DNA of 60,297 nucleotides, taken from contig JBBCAX010000017.1 of NCBI GenBank assembly GCA_051382335.1, positions 1 through 60,297 on the forward strand. The letters run 5' to 3'. The notes beneath the pieces are model-generated. The model was not told where the DNA came from. It searched no databases and saw only the letters and a program-made list of their open reading frames with translations. Both the position numbers and the translations under genes were made by a program. This stretch comes from Deltaproteobacteria bacterium TL4 (lineage in GTDB: Bacteria > SAR324 > NAC60-12). Shown here piece by piece: positions 58,497 to 60,297 of this stretch; the first letter of the stretch is position 1, and each line of letters starts with the position of its first letter.

Positions 58497-59468
58497 TTAA
58501 AACGTTCTCTCAACAATAAAATCGGCAATTGAAAGCAACATTTGTTTGGCAGACGATTCGGAAAAGGCTGCTAAAGATTTTTTTGCGTCTTCAACATAAT
58601 ACTTCGCTTTTTGAAGAGAATACCTGATTGAATCATAGCGTTTCATTAATTGAACGACTTGAGCGATATGGACCTGATTCACAAGGGGTTCGTCAAGAAT
58701 GTCTTTAACCATTTTATGATCGCTGGGATTGGCGTTTTGTAATAAATGACTCAGAGGTAAGGTGATTTTACGTTCTTGCAGATCAATTCCAATCGTTTTG
58801 CCTGTTTTGGACTCCTCCTCCATATAATCCAAAGCATCATCGACTATCTGAAACGCCATTCCAACGGAAGTCCCATATTGATACAAATGAAGTTGGCCTT
58901 CTTCCGAGGCTGCGCCAAGAATGGCCCCCATTTTCATGGCCGCGGCAAAAAGGCATGCGGTTTTATTAAAGATGATTTCATAGTAATCTTCTTCATTAAT
59001 GGTTTCATTGGAGCGTACCAACTGATGCAGTTCGCCTTTTGCCATCAGGGTCGTTGTTTCAGACATCACTTCTAAAATAGGTAAGTTTTTCAACTGAACC
59101 AACCGATGGAAGGCTGTAGCAAACAGATAATCTCCAACCAGAACGCTTGCTTCATTTCCCCAAATATTTCGTGCCGATTTTTGAGAACGGCGCATGTCTG
59201 CTCGATCAACGACGTCATCATGCAGTAAGGTCGCCGTGTGCAAATACTCAATCACTTGTGCTGTGCTTTGAACCGATTCTCCCGTTTTGTTAAACAGTTG
59301 TGCCGCAAGAATGACCAAGACTGGACGCAGTCGCTTACCTCCTGATTTTAAAATATGTTCCGCAACATGGTTCAAAAGGGGGATGTGCGTTTGTATGTCT
59401 TCAATGATCGCTTTTTCAACACAGGCGAGGTCATTGCTTAAAGGTAACAGAATTTGACTGATGTTCAT
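58497..59468 (-). CDS. ispB: Polyprenyl diphosphate synthase (octaprenyl-PP synthase-like)
   Basis: SGGKRLRP, HTATLLHDDVVD..RR, VLVGDYL, KTACLF, AFQIVDDALD, GK..G.DL.E.KITLP. Confidence 0.9.
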   Translation of the reverse strand: MNISQILLPLSNDLACVEKAIIEDIQTHIPLLNHVAEHILKSGGKRLRPVLVILAAQLFNKTGESVQSTAQVIEYLHTATLLHDDVVDRADMRRSQKSARNIWGNEASVLVGDYLFATAFHRLVQLKNLPILEVMSETTTLMAKGELHQLVRSNETINEEDYYEIIFNKTACLFAAAMKMGAILGAASEEGQLHLYQYGTSVGMAFQIVDDALDYMEEESKTGKTIGIDLQERKITLPLSHLLQNANPSDHKMVKDILDEPLVNQVHIAQVVQLMKRYDSIRYSLQKAKYYVEDAKKSLAAFSESSAKQMLLSIADFIVERTF

Positions 59469-59719
59469 TTTGAAAAACGTAATTAAGTGTGTCTGACGCT
59501 TGTTCCTAGGGCCAGGGACTTGGAAATTGTTGATGAATGGCTTCTATTGATCATGCTTTTGAACGCTGAGCATTTTAGGTCCTTTGTCACATTCTGCAAG
59601 GTGAATCAAACGCCTCATTCCTCAAGGGGCGCCTTTGAGTAAGTTTCTAATTCCTCGAAAACTCTTTCTCATCACTTGGACTTCATAGGTTTTTGTTCCT
59701 ACATAAACCTTGTAATTTT

Positions 59720-59832
59720 GTATCCTCTCAAAAAAGCAGGGTAAAACATGATTTTGATTTAGCTAAATTCAGTATCCATGCGGGTTTGCGCTTTGGTAAA
59801 AGCGTGTTCGCCCTGCTTTTTTGAGAGGATAC
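59720..59832. mobile_element. MITE-like element (113 bp) with perfect 22-bp TIR
   Basis: GTATCCTCTCAAAAAAGCAGGG (59720-59741) and CCCTGCTTTTTTGAGAGGATAC (59811-59832). Confidence 0.75.
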
Positions 59833-60287
59833 GAAAAAAGGGCAAAAGCGTTTGTTCCTGTTTCAAGAGGCTTTGTCCACCTTGGTGAGCAAAGTCAGGC
59901 AACCTATTGAATCCTTGTTTAACTGGATTTAAGAAAAAACAGGAATTCAAATTGCTTCTGTTTTTGACGTTTCTCTTTTTAGTTGTTAAGGGAATAAGCA
60001 AGTTAACATTGATTCCAACGTCGGATTGCCTTCTTACCTCGTTGGGAATCCAAAGATTTCGAGCTGTGCAGGTGTATTTTAAGCAACCAGCTTAAACTCA
60101 AGGATATGCTTCATAGGTGTTCGGGATTTAACCTAAATGAATTCAGTTGCATATAATAAACATATGGTGCTAACCTCCGTTTTCAGATAGTCGAGCCTCA
60201 TCCCTCGTTTTTTGAGAATTGAGTCATAAATTTACGAAAACTGTGGTATCTTTGGTATTTTTCTAACTCACAATCGGAGATACCACC

Positions 60288-60297
60288 ATGAAAAAAG
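60288..60297 (+). CDS. Probable start of a gene truncated by the window end
   Basis: GGAG RBS followed by ATG AAA AAA G at the edge. Confidence 0.4.

Noticed and set aside
471..59075. Numerous 60-160 aa ORFs overlapping the long genes
   Set aside because: They are antisense or off-frame shadows of well-supported genes and have no recognisable motifs.
59759..60095. ORFs 59759-60001 (-) and 59907-60095 (+)
   Set aside because: Non-ATG starts, one overlaps the MITE, and neither has protein-like motifs.
1..60297. CRISPR array, rRNA or tRNA genes
   Set aside because: No regularly spaced direct repeats and no recognisable cloverleaf or rRNA motifs seen; a tRNAscan/Infernal run would be needed to exclude them fully.

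Overview
Bacterial chromosomal window, moderately AT-rich and dense in signalling genes. The gene set looks deltaproteobacteria-like, possibly SAR324 or a relative, but this is inference only. In order it holds: a frameshifted IS630 element; a chemosensory operon (REC-adenylate cyclase, cheA, cheW, Cache MCP, cheB) with no cheY or cheR; small accessory genes; and a second signalling operon (metallo-beta-lactamase-fold/cNMP-binding protein, cytochrome b-PilZ fusion, two-Hpt CheA with an MshEN-like segment, STAS). Then come ettA, fadI/fadJ, cutA, a second Cache MCP, a PAS hybrid kinase, an NfeD/SPFH pair, a Tes/GDGT-MAS-like radical SAM enzyme and a cNMP-GGDEF-EAL protein. An uncharacterised envelope locus follows (ankyrin plus probable beta-barrel protein, divergent from a FadL/PorV/TraF-like barrel and three lipoproteins, two of them Cys-rich EF-hand paralogues). 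The window ends with a serine hydrolase, an LpoA-like protein, rimI, a third MCP, an acyl-CoA synthetase, an SH3-M14 peptidase, folC and a polyprenyl synthase. Intergenic DNA carries several terminal-inverted-repeat (TIR) elements enclosing REP-like hairpins, a whole gene or a promoter region. I found no rRNA, tRNA or CRISPR array. The best candidates for undescribed systems are the 14.3-20.5 kb operon, the 38-47 kb envelope locus and the cAMP-output chemosensory operon. All family calls come from motif recognition by eye; no searches were run.
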